From Octopus bimaculoides (Eukaryota), in assembly GCF_001194135.2 (NCBI RefSeq), contig NC_068984.1, forward strand, positions 123,038,102-123,097,811: a DNA stretch of 59,710 bases, read 5' to 3'. Shown piece after piece: positions 50,201-59,377 of the stretch. Under the pieces are notes generated by a model. It was not told the origin of the DNA. It saw only the letters and a program-made list of their open reading frames with translations, and made no database searches. The position numbers were made by a program, and so were the translations under genes. Each line of letters begins with the position of its first letter. Position 1 is the first letter of the stretch.

Positions 50201-53200
50201 GATTCTGAGAAGAGTTATACCGGGCCTCAGTCTGAGGTCATCATTATAGAAGACATTTGCGTCAGCAAAGACAAAACGGGGTCGGAGTCGACGGAATCTT
50301 TACCGCCAACTCCTGCACCGACGCCGAAAGATGCAACCACCATCAAAGATACCGTTTGTAATCTTCAAGACGCAGCCAACAAGCTGCAGACCGAAGGTCT
50401 CTTTGATCGGCAGTTTGGATCTGTAAGCAGTGAAACTTCTGAAAAACGTCCTTCAAGTTTTGAAAAGGACCTTTCAAAAGACGAAAGCAGTGATGATGAT
50501 GATGATCATGGCCAATCATTTGAAATGGTTTCACCAACTGAAATTATTGGCTATGATCAGTATGCTGCTAAATATTTACAAGGTGGTATAGCGGGATGCA
50601 TTGAAACAGCAAGTTTGACCGCTTCAGTGGAATCCCTCTCTACATCCGGAAGTAGTTTTGCTGACCTCAGAGCTAGTGAGCCCACAAGTATGAAGTCTAG
50701 TTTAGAAGAGTTTGCAAGTGCTACAGCTTTTGTTGAACCATCAGCACCTCCAATGGAAGAAGTATGTAAGATCCCCAGTTCTCACACCATGAAACCTGAT
50801 ACCGATTCCTCACCAGATCAGTCGCTTTTCAGCAGTAGCGATGCTTCAGAGAAAGGGGCAGCCACTATGGATATTGTTGCCTCCAGTGTTGCATCCCCAG
50901 GTGCATGCCGTCCTGATTTGTTGCCCTCTGACTCTTTTCAAAAGAGTTTGTCTACAGAGGAGATCAGTGAAACTGAAAATATCGAAGACATTGCTGCCGA
51001 CAGAATCTCCCAATTACCAAATGGTCCTACAGAGGTAGATTTTCAACCAGACATTGACTCTGTGTCATCTACTGTTAAAACTGTGGTGCCTGCAGCACCA
51101 CCAGATTTGGTTCAGTCATCACCCTCATATGTTATGGAAGAAGAAAAATCACAGCAGGAAGATGTTGCCATAGAACTAGAAGACAATCAAATATCGGCTG
51201 GTTCTGATGCTGCTGTCAGAGATGTCATGACCGATAGCTTGATAGAAGATGTGAAGTTGTCGGCTGAGCAACAGGAAGTCTTGGTAACGTCAGATCAGAC
51301 TTTATATGAACTTGAAATGCCAATGGAGGAAGAAGCTTCCCCTATTGAACAAGTTGGTCCAACATCAGCTACTGTTTCCATAACTGAAACCACGTCATCT
51401 GTGGTGGTTAAAACAGAAGCCCCTACACCAATGGAATTTCATGAAGAACAACAGTGTGAGGTATATCCAGCTGAAATGGTAGAGTCTGGATCTCCAACTG
51501 AAATTATTGGACTGGAACCAGTGTTAGATGACCTTGAAGAACAGCCATATGAGTTGAAGAAAGATGAAATTTATCCTGGTAAAAGAGCACTTGAGTTTGA
51601 TGTGTCTAGCTATGAAACTTTGTTAGAAGAAAGCAAAGAAAGACAGCAAGAAGGAGAGACTAGTGCGGTAGAGGTTAGCCATCTAATTAGAGAAGATCAG
51701 AGGATTAATCTGGATGATACTGATGAAGAAACAGTTCAGTTTTCGGATCAGCTAAAATCCGATCATGATGCAAGTTTTGTTCATACTTCAGAAAAAGTGT
51801 GTACAGACATGGTAGAAGAAGAATTTAGTGATTTAAGTAAAGATGCTTCTTATGAGCAAGTTGAACTGGCTGAAAGTAGTCTAGAATTTGCTGAGAAAGC
51901 TGAAGAAGAACTTGAAGCATTAGCAGGAAAAACCCCAGAAATATCATTTGAACCAACTAAAGGGGAACAAGATTTGGACAGACCCATATCCCCAACACCC
52001 CAGGATTCTCAAGAAGGTGTCCTCAGTGATGATTATGAGAAGGTTAGTGCTAGTATTAGCACAGAAGAACTAGAGAAAACAGCTACAGTGTTTGTAGACT
52101 CTGTTCTTGAAGAAGCCTCCAAAGTTCAGGAGAAAGTCCAGGAATTCCCTGAACAAACAGAAGCTGAAAAGCCAATCGATGAAACAACTCTTGATGATAG
52201 CAAGGACTCTGAAAAAATGCTTGCTTTCTCATTTTCTGAACAATTTGACCCATCAATGATGTGTCGGTCACAACCAGCTTTTTTCTCGGCGCCACCTCCA
52301 CCTTCCCATCCTCCTCCTTTCACAAAACAGGGGGATGATGATATGCCCGAGATCACCATCACAGAACACCTACACAAGAGTGTTGACAAAGATGACTATC
52401 CAGCTGGCTTTGTTCCATCACATATGCCAGACTCTTCCTCTGAGCAGGAAGACAAAGATGATGAAAAAGAATCTGGAGATGATAGTCCAAAGGGTGAAGG
52501 AATGTCCTATTTTGAAATGATTCAAGATGAAATGGAATTCGAATCAGAAGAGACCGAAAAGAACGGAGTGTCATCTCATGAAACTAGTTCTTCGGCATTC
52601 ATTATCGCTGATGCTCATTCCGGTTCAGCAAAAACATTCACCAGTGAACAAGAACTTGAATGGAATGTGCAGAAATTTTCTGAAACTCCTGACAAAGTAC
52701 CAACCACTTCTTCGTTTGAAGACTCCTTTTCTCTACAAACTAAAACTGAGCCAGTTCCTATCAGTTCTTCAAAACAATTCCAAAGAGATTCTGAAACTAA
52801 AGATTCTTCTAAGAATGGTTTCCTTGGATTTGAGCCTTCGGTCATGCACGCCGCTGACATTCTGAGCCCCGAAGATATTGCTGATACATCAAGTGTGGAC
52901 AGCTTTACAACAGTCGTTGGTGTAGACCAAGAAGGGGACGAGTGTGACGATGACCGTTTGGCTGATGTGGCGTCTATGACCTCATCAATCCATTCCGACA
53001 TTTATTCAATGCACACTGAACCAGAAGAAGAAGAACCATATGACTGGCCATTATTGACAGAAGAGGACAAATCAGGGGAATCTTCTCCATGTAGCGATCG
53101 TTTTGAGATGATTGGGAAGACTGCTTTATCGGTGATATCTGAAAAGTCTGATGAAGATCGATTTGAAATGATAGAAAAAGATGAACTGGAAGCACTCTCT

Positions 53201-55370
53201 GACAGCCATTCTAGTAGCAAAACCTCACCAGAAATGATATCTGCCTCACCTGGTACTGTGGGTCACACCCATGGCTATCCAAACATACGTTACGCTGGCA
53301 GAAGTCGGGACAAAGATGATGGGTCAGCTGCTTCTTCTGTTTCTTCGTCCTTGTTAGAATTTGAACGGTTAGAAGGTGAAATAGGACAATTTGGCTCGCT
53401 TGGATCAAATGAAGCCCACAGCCTGCCTAGCTCTTTTGACAGTCGAAACTTCCATTGGCGAGCAGCTGATCGAGATGATGTGTCAGTTGCCTCTTCATTA
53501 GGAGAATTTGAACGTCTAGAGCGACAGATTGCACTCGGAGGTTCGATTGGCTCGTTTAGTTCAATAGACAAGTTGATGCCATCAGGACAAGGTAGTGCAA
53601 CTAATGGATCGATGTCATCACTGGCTGAATTTGAAAACCTCGAAAAAGAGTGCACTGGGGGTGGATACTCCAGTTCGGGAGATGATCGCCACAGTTCATC
53701 AAGTGGCCATAGCAAACGCAGTGCAAGTTCATCGCTTGCCGAATTTGAACGACTAGAACAAGAAATAGTCATATCTGAAGAACTTGCTGCCGAAGCCAAG
53801 AAAATAGCGTCAATATTGGAATCAGGGGAGCTGCCTGAATATCCAGAAAGTGAAAGTTTAGGAAGTTCATATCAATCAAATGGTCACATGAGGGATGTAC
53901 CTGAAATAATAGGTAATTTTGATATTGAACAGGACTCCATAGACGGAGACGACATTGATAAGGATTCACTTAGCTCTGAAGAACCCAAGATGCAAGATGT
54001 TAGTCAAGTGGCTAAAGAAGAAGACGACGATATAGACTCATTGGACGGAGATAGCAAAGATGAACTTACTTCTAGTGTCATCTTTGTCTCCAATGCAGAA
54101 ATACAAGATTCCAGTGAAATTGGTCAATTCGACTTTGATCGAGATTCTCTGCAAGGAGATGATACAGCAATGCAATTTTCTGTAGAATCTCTGCAGTTAG
54201 ACCAAGATGCTTCATTTGATATGCACAGTTCTGTTGATTCGTTAGAAATAAAAGACAAATTTAGTCGAGACATGCAAAGCTCAGCCGATTCTCTAGAACT
54301 GAAAGAAAGAATGAGCAAAGAAATGGTAGACTCGACAGATTCTTTGGAATTTAAAGACACTGTGAAAGATACTGATAAATTTGAAACAGATTCACTGGTT
54401 GATCAAGATGACATCATGCAAACGTCTTCTGATTCACTTGATGCTTTTCCTGCACTAACACACCAAAACATCATGGAAGCTTCTTTGGAGTCTGCTCGTT
54501 GGAGTCTAAGCAGCTCTTACTTTTCCCATTCCTCACAAGAAACATTACGATCTGAATCTCACAGTGACTCAAGCCATTCGAGAGATGTCATGCAAATGTC
54601 TGCAGAATCTGTAGATTTTGAAAAAGATAGAAGATTTGAAGGTTCCGATACCGAAATGGAGTACAAGACGGTATCAAGTAAGACATTAACATCATCTGCT
54701 TTAGATCCCGAAATCCGCATGATCACAGGAATATCTCATCCCAACAATCCTTTCTTAGATAATGAAGGCAATGTTAGGACAGATCTGGGGTATCCGGGCC
54801 ACTTTAGAAACAAATATGAATATTCAAAGTTTGACAAAGAAGGGAACTACCGTTGGAACACAGAGTTTGAAGAAACAACCAGAAACAACACATACCTCAA
54901 CTGGGGTCCTTATCAAGAGAAAAAGAAGGTTTACACCATGACAGAATGGGAAGCCATGCGCAACGCTAAAAAGAGAAGTGCTGATAATGAAGAACTTGGC
55001 GGGGACAGTGAACAAGTGTCTGTGATTCCTGATAATCACTTTGCCCAACTTAACAACAAAGAAGCCTCTTCTAACCTTCCTTCTGAGCACACAACTTCCC
55101 ACCCTAGAACTTCTTCACCTCCTCCTTCTACCGTTTTACGGCCTTCTTCTCCTGTTTCCTCTACTACTACTGCTACTACTACTACTACCACCACTACTAC
55201 ATATTACTCCTCTTCCAATTCCTCCTCCTCTTCCTCAACCTATCATGCTGCTGTGACTCGGCCTGACTCCAGCTCCACCAGTCAAACTGCTGCTACCTCC
55301 GATCCTCTGCTATACGATCACAGTATGTCGGACACTACTACTACTACTACTGTCCATAAATCCAGTAGAG
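2..55370 (+). CDS. Interior coding region (7 exons) of a very large gene; probable giant ankyrin (Ank2/unc-44-like) giant-exon region, partial at both ends
   Basis: Seven + strand exons with canonical AG/GT sites, all phase 1, chain into one open frame of about 23.2 kb (about 7,700 aa). Identity is inferred from the giant exons, an AnkG/AnkB-type extended LIR (EEDFEIIEQEEILEAK) and S/T/E/P-rich disordered repeats. No ANK/ZU5/UPA/death domain is in the window, so no symbol is given. Confidence 0.65.
3900..5120 (+). repeat. Coding minisatellite, 48-bp unit (45-bp variants), CRYGLKHTDQHGDDHE
   Basis: About 21 well-preserved units plus 3 degenerate ones, interrupted by the gap at 4364-4443. Confidence 0.95.
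6674..7090 (+). repeat. Degenerate intronic tandem repeat, core ACCATCTTTTCAGTGGTCA
   Basis: About 10 diverged recurrences of the core with irregular spacing. Confidence 0.55.
7917..8156. mobile_element. Foldback/MITE-like palindrome (~118-bp arms, 4-nt loop)
   Basis: 8005-8033 is the exact reverse complement of 8038-8066 (29 bp). Imperfect pairing extends out to ATTAAAAATGGGGAAGG / CCTTCCCCATTTTTAAT. Confidence 0.8.
9098..9310 (-). mobile_element. SINE/LINE 3' tail fragment (family 3)
   Basis: Reverse complement of the AAGGGCATCCAGC...CCAGCATGGAAA...(ATG)n tail seen at 17130-17255, 32040-32225 and 35205-35305. Confidence 0.6.
10486..10600 (-). mobile_element. tRNA-derived SINE head fragment (family 3)
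   Basis: Similar to 34990-35142 and to the reverse complement of 16820-16960. Confidence 0.5.
12649..12722. repeat. (TA)n microsatellite next to a gap (representative; others at about 8220-8300, 19630-19730, 19933-19999, 28510-28566 (ATT)n, 37776-37813 (AAT)n, 44167-44200)
   Basis: Direct reading. Confidence 0.95.
13729..13935 (+). CDS. Small cassette exon (207 bp, or 168 bp from alternative acceptor 13768): PxIxIT motif, acidic patch, polyQ/polyA
   Basis: Long pyrimidine tract then TGTTGCAG|13729, and a second acceptor CTTTCAG|13768 in the same frame. Donor AAG|GTTAGA. Phase 1-1, no stops, and more GC-rich than the flanks. Peptide ...RLAVAGKTPTITITEDSSSPHHDDDEESDDYLRFIEKHQQKMQQQQQQAAAAVAK. 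Confidence 0.8.
14370..14545 (-). mobile_element. tRNA-derived SINE (family 1), degraded
   Basis: TGGTACTTTATTTTATTGACCCC...AAAGGCAAAGTTAAC...GGATTTGAAC is the reverse complement of the copy at 28568. Confidence 0.7.
14765..15017 (-). mobile_element. tRNA-derived SINE with CORE/V/Meta-like central domain (family 2)
   Basis: Shares CAGCTGAGTGRACTRGARCAAC...GTGT..T.CTCAAGAACAC with 38215-38407 and 38630-38875. Confidence 0.65.
16820..17255 (+). mobile_element. Near full-length tRNA-derived SINE (family 3)
   Basis: Head GGCTGAGTAGTTTAGAAG...GGTTCAGT, body TTGGCATGTGTCTTCTACTATAGCC, and tail AAGGGCATCCAGCTGTAGAAA...CCATGCCAGCATGGAAAAC, shared with other copies in the window. Confidence 0.65.
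18630..18692 (+). CDS. 63-bp cassette mini-exon (GQEPTTTTTTVSSEGHGEES)
   Basis: Acceptor TACTAGCAG| (NAGNAG, alternative start 18627), donor CAG|GTAATG, 21 codons, phase 1-1, no stop. Not in the supplied ORF track because it is too short. Confidence 0.65.
19856..19937. repeat. Short inverted repeat (34-bp arms, 14-nt spacer) abutting (TA)n
   Basis: TATAAGGATTTAATTTTCGTAATGAGATAAAAAT pairs with ATTTTTATCTCATTATGAAAAGTAAATCCTTATA with about 2 mismatches. Confidence 0.8.
21584..28360 (+). CDS. Giant exon B (6777 bp, 2259 codons): KSPSP array, extended LIR, acidic disordered region
   Basis: Lies within ORF 21577-28389. An in-frame TGA at 21556 bounds it upstream, and the first AG after it is GATAG|21584. 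Donor AAAG|GTATAT at 28360/28361. Phase 1-1. Confidence 0.9.
22741..24174 (+). repeat. Coding repeat: about 50 K(S/T)PSP units of 9-10 aa, often as 19-aa doublets
   Basis: Direct reading: KSPSPEPKD / KSPSPLHLKS alternation. Confidence 0.95.
28568..28767 (+). mobile_element. tRNA-derived SINE (family 1), well preserved, inside (ATT)n
   Basis: A-box-like TGGCAGAATTGTTAG, B-box-like GAGTTCAAATTC, and body CTTTGCCTTTCATCC...GATAAAATAAGTACCAG...GGGGTCGATGTAATCGAC. At least 9 related copies are in the window. Confidence 0.75.
32243..32465. mobile_element. Degraded copy of the piggyBac-like MITE at 35390
   Basis: Internal sequence is colinear with 35390-35606 (GCATTTAAAC...CCAGCCCAAA...GTTCAAACTG...ATTCTAAAAATAA...GCATT.CAT.TGACAGA), with eroded ends. 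Confidence 0.65.
33009..33851 (+). CDS. 843-bp cassette exon (281 codons), acidic/Ser-rich
   Basis: T-rich tract then TTGTGCAG|33009, donor AAAG|GTATCG, within ORF 32960-33943. Phase 1-1, with the same E/S/D-rich composition as the giant exons. Confidence 0.85.
34990..35142 (-). mobile_element. tRNA-derived SINE head (family 3)
   Basis: Reverse complement reads GTATGGCTGTGTGGTTATGAAG...GGTTCCTGGTACC...CCTTGGGAAAGTGTCTTCTACC. Confidence 0.6.
35390..35606. mobile_element. piggyBac-like MITE (217 bp) with TTAA target-site duplication
   Basis: TTAA|CCCTTTGGCA ... TGCTAAAGGG|TTAA. TTAA TSD and CCC-starting TIRs are diagnostic of the piggyBac superfamily, and a second copy lies at 32243. Confidence 0.8.
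36121..36267 (+). pseudogene. pogo/Tigger-like transposase N-terminal HTH remnant
   Basis: Translates MPDPNKQYK*VYSLQENVEIIKKICDSGSLITVGCKFGVNESTIHSIYK, resembling the CENP-B/psq-type HTH (L.EK.EII...G......FGVNESTI..I.K) of Tigger transposases, with one in-frame TGA. Recognised by eye only. Confidence 0.55.
37160..37765 (-). mobile_element. Cluster of three family-1 SINE copies separated by (AAT)n
   Basis: Repeated TGGTACTT..TTTTATT.ACC...AAAGT(T)GAC...GGATTTGAA blocks at about 37165, 37345 and 37565. Confidence 0.65.
38215..38875 (-). mobile_element. Two family-2 tRNA-derived SINE copies (38215-38407, 38630-38875)
   Basis: Reverse complement of the second copy starts GTGGAGGTGCGTGGCTTAGTGGTTAGGGTG...GGTTTCGATTCCTGG (Pol III A and B boxes), then GTGTTCTTGAGCAAAACACTT...CAGTCCACTCAGCTG. 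Confidence 0.75.
40225..40569. mobile_element. hAT-like MITE candidate (345 bp) in a TA-rich site
   Basis: Terminal inverted repeats CAGTGGCGGATCGG / CCAGTCTGCCACTG match at 11/14. The 8-bp flanks do not match (TATACATA vs TGTATATA), so a TSD is unconfirmed. Confidence 0.5.
41285..41457 (-). mobile_element. Family-1 SINE copy
   Basis: ACTGGTACTTATTTCATCAACCCCCAAAAGGATGAAAGGCAAAGTTGACC...ATTTGAACTCAGAATGTAAGGACAGATGAAA is the reverse complement of the 56773 copy. Confidence 0.7.
42715..42864 (+). CDS. 150-bp cassette exon with poly-Glu (DMPRTDQHDVQRELITAAKDEEEKEEEEEEENLSSSSSEVAQVEDVDFLP)
   Basis: Acceptor TCTCTTCTTGTCTCAG|42715, with a possible in-frame upstream acceptor TTTAG|42694. Donor CAG|GTAGCT. 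Phase 1-1. Confidence 0.8.
43307..43322 (+). other. Residual Illumina TruSeq adapter at a contig end (artefact)
   Basis: AGATCGGAAGAGCGTC, an exact match to the start of the TruSeq adapter read-through sequence, immediately before an N-gap. Confidence 0.92.
46145..46178 (+). promoter_or_regulatory. Branch point and 3' splice site of giant exon C
   Basis: Consensus TACTAAC 27 nt upstream of TTTCTATAG, with no intervening AG. Confidence 0.75.
46179..55370 (+). CDS. Giant exon C (9192 bp, 3064 codons): TTSKTEEPV array, SLxEFERLE and DSL repeats, Thr/Ser tail
   Basis: Branch point TACTAAC at 46145-46151 with an in-frame TAA at 46148. The first downstream AG is TTTCTATAG|46179. ORF 46187-55387. 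Donor GAG|GTATAT at 55370/55371. Phase 1-1. Confidence 0.9.
47860..48990 (+). repeat. Coding repeat: about 35 (V/I)TTSKTEEP(V/I) units of 9-11 aa
   Basis: Direct reading, including a near-perfect 54-bp triplication starting at 48308, 48362 and 48416. Confidence 0.95.
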
Positions 55371-55656
55371 GTATATCTAACTGTTAGACGTACAGCCAAT
55401 GTACAGTCACGCTGCATGATCTCTAGCCTAACAAGTTGCATGTCAGCCTGCTACTTTATTGTCTTCTACATGCTATTGTTGTTGTTGTTGTTGTAGTTGG
55501 TGTTGTAATGTAGTCAATTAATTCAGTATGCTATGTTTTTGTTGCAGGATCAGCCTATTATTCCTTTCACATATACACACACACACACACATACACAAAC
55601 ACACATGCACATTTAAGTGTCTGTAATGGTGTATGTGTGTGTGTGCATGTGTTTAC

Positions 55657-55693
<37 letters not shown>

Positions 55694-55952
55694 TTCATTT
55701 TGTAAAATCATAGGCATTCTAACATAAATCTTACCTCAACAAACCCACATACTTGATTATCTACACACATACACACATATATATATATGTACCTACATAC
55801 AGTCACATACAGATGGGTTTTTTATATATGTATGTATGTGTATTCATGTGTTGTGTTTAAGTTTCTATATGTGTATCTGTGTATATATTTCCATAGGCAT
55901 TACTATTAATAGTAATGTTAGCATTATGATTTTTCATCATGATTGTATGGTA

Positions 55953-55983
<31 letters not shown>

Positions 55984-56289
55984 TATGAAAGGGTAGCAGC
56001 TTCTCTGGGAACCAAGGTCACATGGTGGTCTCAATTCTTACTCAGAATTGTTTTCTTAAATATCACCAAATCTCTTGTGGGGGAAAACATGAATGTCATA
56101 AATTTCTGTTTTCCTTATGCTATAAAAACTGAACTCCATGCCAACATAAAAAATTATTATTATCATAAAATAATTTCCAACCAAGTACTGGGATCGATAT
56201 TATCAACAAATGCTTCTCTTCTCTCCAGAGATGAACTGGCAGACTTGTTAGAGCATCAGTAAATACAGTATTTAGTTACAGCCCTGTAC

Positions 56290-57190
56290 CTTCTTAGTTC
56301 ACATTCCACCAAAGTTGATTTTGCCTGTTTTTCCAAGGACCAGAAAGAATAAGTACCAGTCAAGTACTGGAGTTAATATAGGTGACTGTTCTTCTACACT
56401 TTTTGTCTGCATTATAAATCATGATTATTATTATTATAAGAATTATATTATTATTTTGTTTTGCATTCAAATTCCACCGAGGTTGGCTTTGCCTTTCATC
56501 GTTTCGGGGTTGATAAAATAAGGACCAGTTGGGTGGGGTCCCCGAAACTGCTGGCTTTGTGCCAAATTTTGAAATCATTATTATTATTTTCATATACACA
56601 CAGCAGATTAGACTGTTGGAAAAGAAAAAAATCATAATGTCGAGCTACAACAAGTAACTTTAGATACCAAGAACCCTCCTAAGTATCCTAGCTATCCCTA
56701 ATAACACTGTTTTATGGAGCTGTACTAAACCGGGTTTTATGCTAATTTCCTATTATTATTATTATTATTATTAAGGTGGCAAGCTGGCAGAATGCATAAT
56801 GGCATTTCGTCTGTCCTTACGTTCTGAGTTCAAATTCTGCCAAGGTCAACTTTGCCTTTCATCCTTTTGGGATTGATAAAATAAGTCCCAGCTAAGCACT
56901 AGTGTCAGTGTAATTGACTAACCCCCTCCCAGCAAATTTCAAGCCTTGTGCCTATAGTAGAAAGGATTATTATTATTGTGGTGAGCTGGCTAAATTATTA
57001 GCATGCCAGACAAAATGTTTCATGGCATTTCTCCCAGCTCTCTATGTTTTGGGTTCAAATGCCACCACCGACTTTGCCTCTCATTCTTTCAGAGTTGATA
57101 AAATAAGAGGCAGTTGAGCACCGGAGTAAATCTAATTGACTAACCCCTTCCCACTAAAATTGCTGGGCCTGTACCAAAATTTGAAACATT
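56290..57190 (+). mobile_element. Cluster of about four family-1 SINE copies separated by (ATT)n
   Basis: Copies at about 56290, 56465-56577, 56773-56965 and 56978-57188 share GTTCAAAT...CTTTGCC..TCAT...GATAAAATAAG. Confidence 0.7.
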
Positions 57191-57726
57191 ATTATTATTA
57201 TTATCATTATTATTATCATTACTACTTGGTTTCTTTATTAACGTGAATTGCTGTTCTCTTTTTGGGGCACAATTGTTTTATTTCCCTTCTATACAGGGTA
57301 ACCCTCCTTTCACTGTTTGTGTGTTTGTCCTTAAGTATCCTTAATTTGCTGTCCATGTAGTACCATGTGACATCATAATAATGATCATTATTTGTTGTTG
57401 TTATGACCAATACCATCACAGGAGTAGTAAGTTCTATGTGTGTTGAATCCAGAAATGCTCTTGAGAAAACATTGAAAACTATACTTGGTGTTTTTTCCCG
57501 GGCCTTCTAAATTTACAGCTCTTTGTCCATGAAACCTGAACATAGGTGCAGTGGTAAATTCTTGACAAACCACTTCGCAGACCTGATTTCATTTCCCAGT
57601 AGGAGCTGCTTCACTTCTGTCACCTTCGCCCTTCCTTCCCTCATGTTTGTGTATGCATGCATGTGTGTGTGTCTGTTCGTGTATATACACACACATATAT
57701 ATATATATATTATATATATGGGTGGG

Positions 57727-57765
<39 letters not shown>

Positions 57766-59377
57766 AAATTATTTTATTCTTTTCAGGTCCCTTTCCTTGT
57801 ATTTAAACATAGTCTTCACAAATATTTGTTCCACATTGTGCATGATATATTCTCATCTAATGCAACGTCTTCACCGCACATTCTTTCTGTTGCAACTTAT
57901 TGTGTTGTATTTGTATTGCATCTTATTATTATTATTATTTTCAATATTANNNNNNNNNNNNNNNNNNNNNNNNNNNNNNNNNNNNNNNNNNNNNNNNNNN
58001 NNNNNNNNNNNNNNNNNNNNNNNNNNNNNNNNNNNNNNNNNNNNNNNNNNNNNNNNNNNNNNNNNNNNNNNNNNNNNNNNNNNNNNNNNNNNNNNNNNNN
58101 NNNNNNNNNNNNNNNNNNNNNNNNNNNNNNNNNNNNNNNNNNNNNNNNNNNNNNNNNNNNNNNNNNNNNNNNNNNNNNNNNNNNNNNNNNNNNNNNNNNN
58201 NNNNNNNNNNNNNNNNNNNNNNNNNNNNNNNNNNNNNNNNNNNNNNNNNNNNNNNNNNNNNNNNNNNNNNNNNNNNNNNNNNNNNNNNNNNNNNNNNNNN
58301 NNNNNNNNNNNNNNNNNNNNNNNNNNNNNNNNNNNNNNNNNNNNNNNNNNNNNNNNNNNNNNNNNNNNNNNNNNNNNNNNNNNNNNNNNNNNNNNNNNNN
58401 NNNNNNNNNNNNNNNNNNNNNNNNNNNNNNNNNNNNNNNNNNNNNNNNNNNNNNNNNNNNNNNNNNNNNNNNNNNNNNNNNNNNNNNNNNNNNNNNNNNN
58501 NNNNNNNNNNNNNNNNNNNNNNNNNNNNNNNNNNNNNNNNNNNNNNNNNNNNNNNNNNNNNNNNNNNNNNNNNNNNNNNNNNNNNNNNNNNNNNNNNNNN
58601 NNNNNNNNNNNNNNNNNNNNNNNNNNNNNNNNNNNNNNNNNNNNNNNNNNNNNNNNNNNNNNNNNNNNNNNNNNNNNNNNNNNNNNNNNNNNNNNNNNNN
58701 NNNNNNNNNNNNNNNNNNNNNNNNNNNNNNNNNNNNNNNNNNNNNNNNNNNNNNNNNNNNNNNNNNNCTTTATTGACCAAACTTTCAGATGTTATGCATC
58801 ACTGGTCACAATGCACTTCTTTGCATTGTTGTAATTATCAAATGATGCCACCTTAATGGCTAAGCAGGCAGGCCTTGTGTGTGTGTGCTCACATTTGTAT
58901 ACATGGATATGTGTATGTATGTGTGTGTGTGTGTGTGTATATATATATTTATATGCTTACCTATGTATACATGTTTGTGTGTGTATAACTGTGAGCTTAT
59001 TTAAAATTTTTTAATATATTCTGTTTATTGTATTTTATTAGTTTTCAAACATTAAAAAAAAAAAATAATAATTTTCTTTTTTAGCTTCAGAAAATACCAT
59101 TTAAAGTTGGACTGGATAAAGTTTAAAATATATATATAAAAATGGGGGAATGAGATAGCTAATTCATTAATATTTCAATAGGAGATACGATGATGTGTAT
59201 ATTAATATTTAAATAGTGGAAACCATATAACAATTGATTTTTTTACTGCTATTGACTACACTGTTATATATGATTTATATATGTATATACATGTGTAATA
59301 TACATGTATATATAATATATATGAGTGTATAAAATTTATACACAGAGAAAAGACCACTATGAGGCCTTCTTACATAC

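Noticed and set aside
21584-55370. Alternative identities: neurofilament-H/NF-220, MAP1B/Futsch, titin-like or mucin
   Set aside because: No IF rod, Ig/Fn3, MAP1 conserved domain or signal peptide is visible. The extended LIR and giant-exon layout favour ankyrin, but these alternatives cannot be fully excluded from this window.
55548-55640. Acceptor-like TTTTGTTGCAG 177 bp after exon C
   Set aside because: Runs straight into CA/TG microsatellite with no credible donor or coding character.
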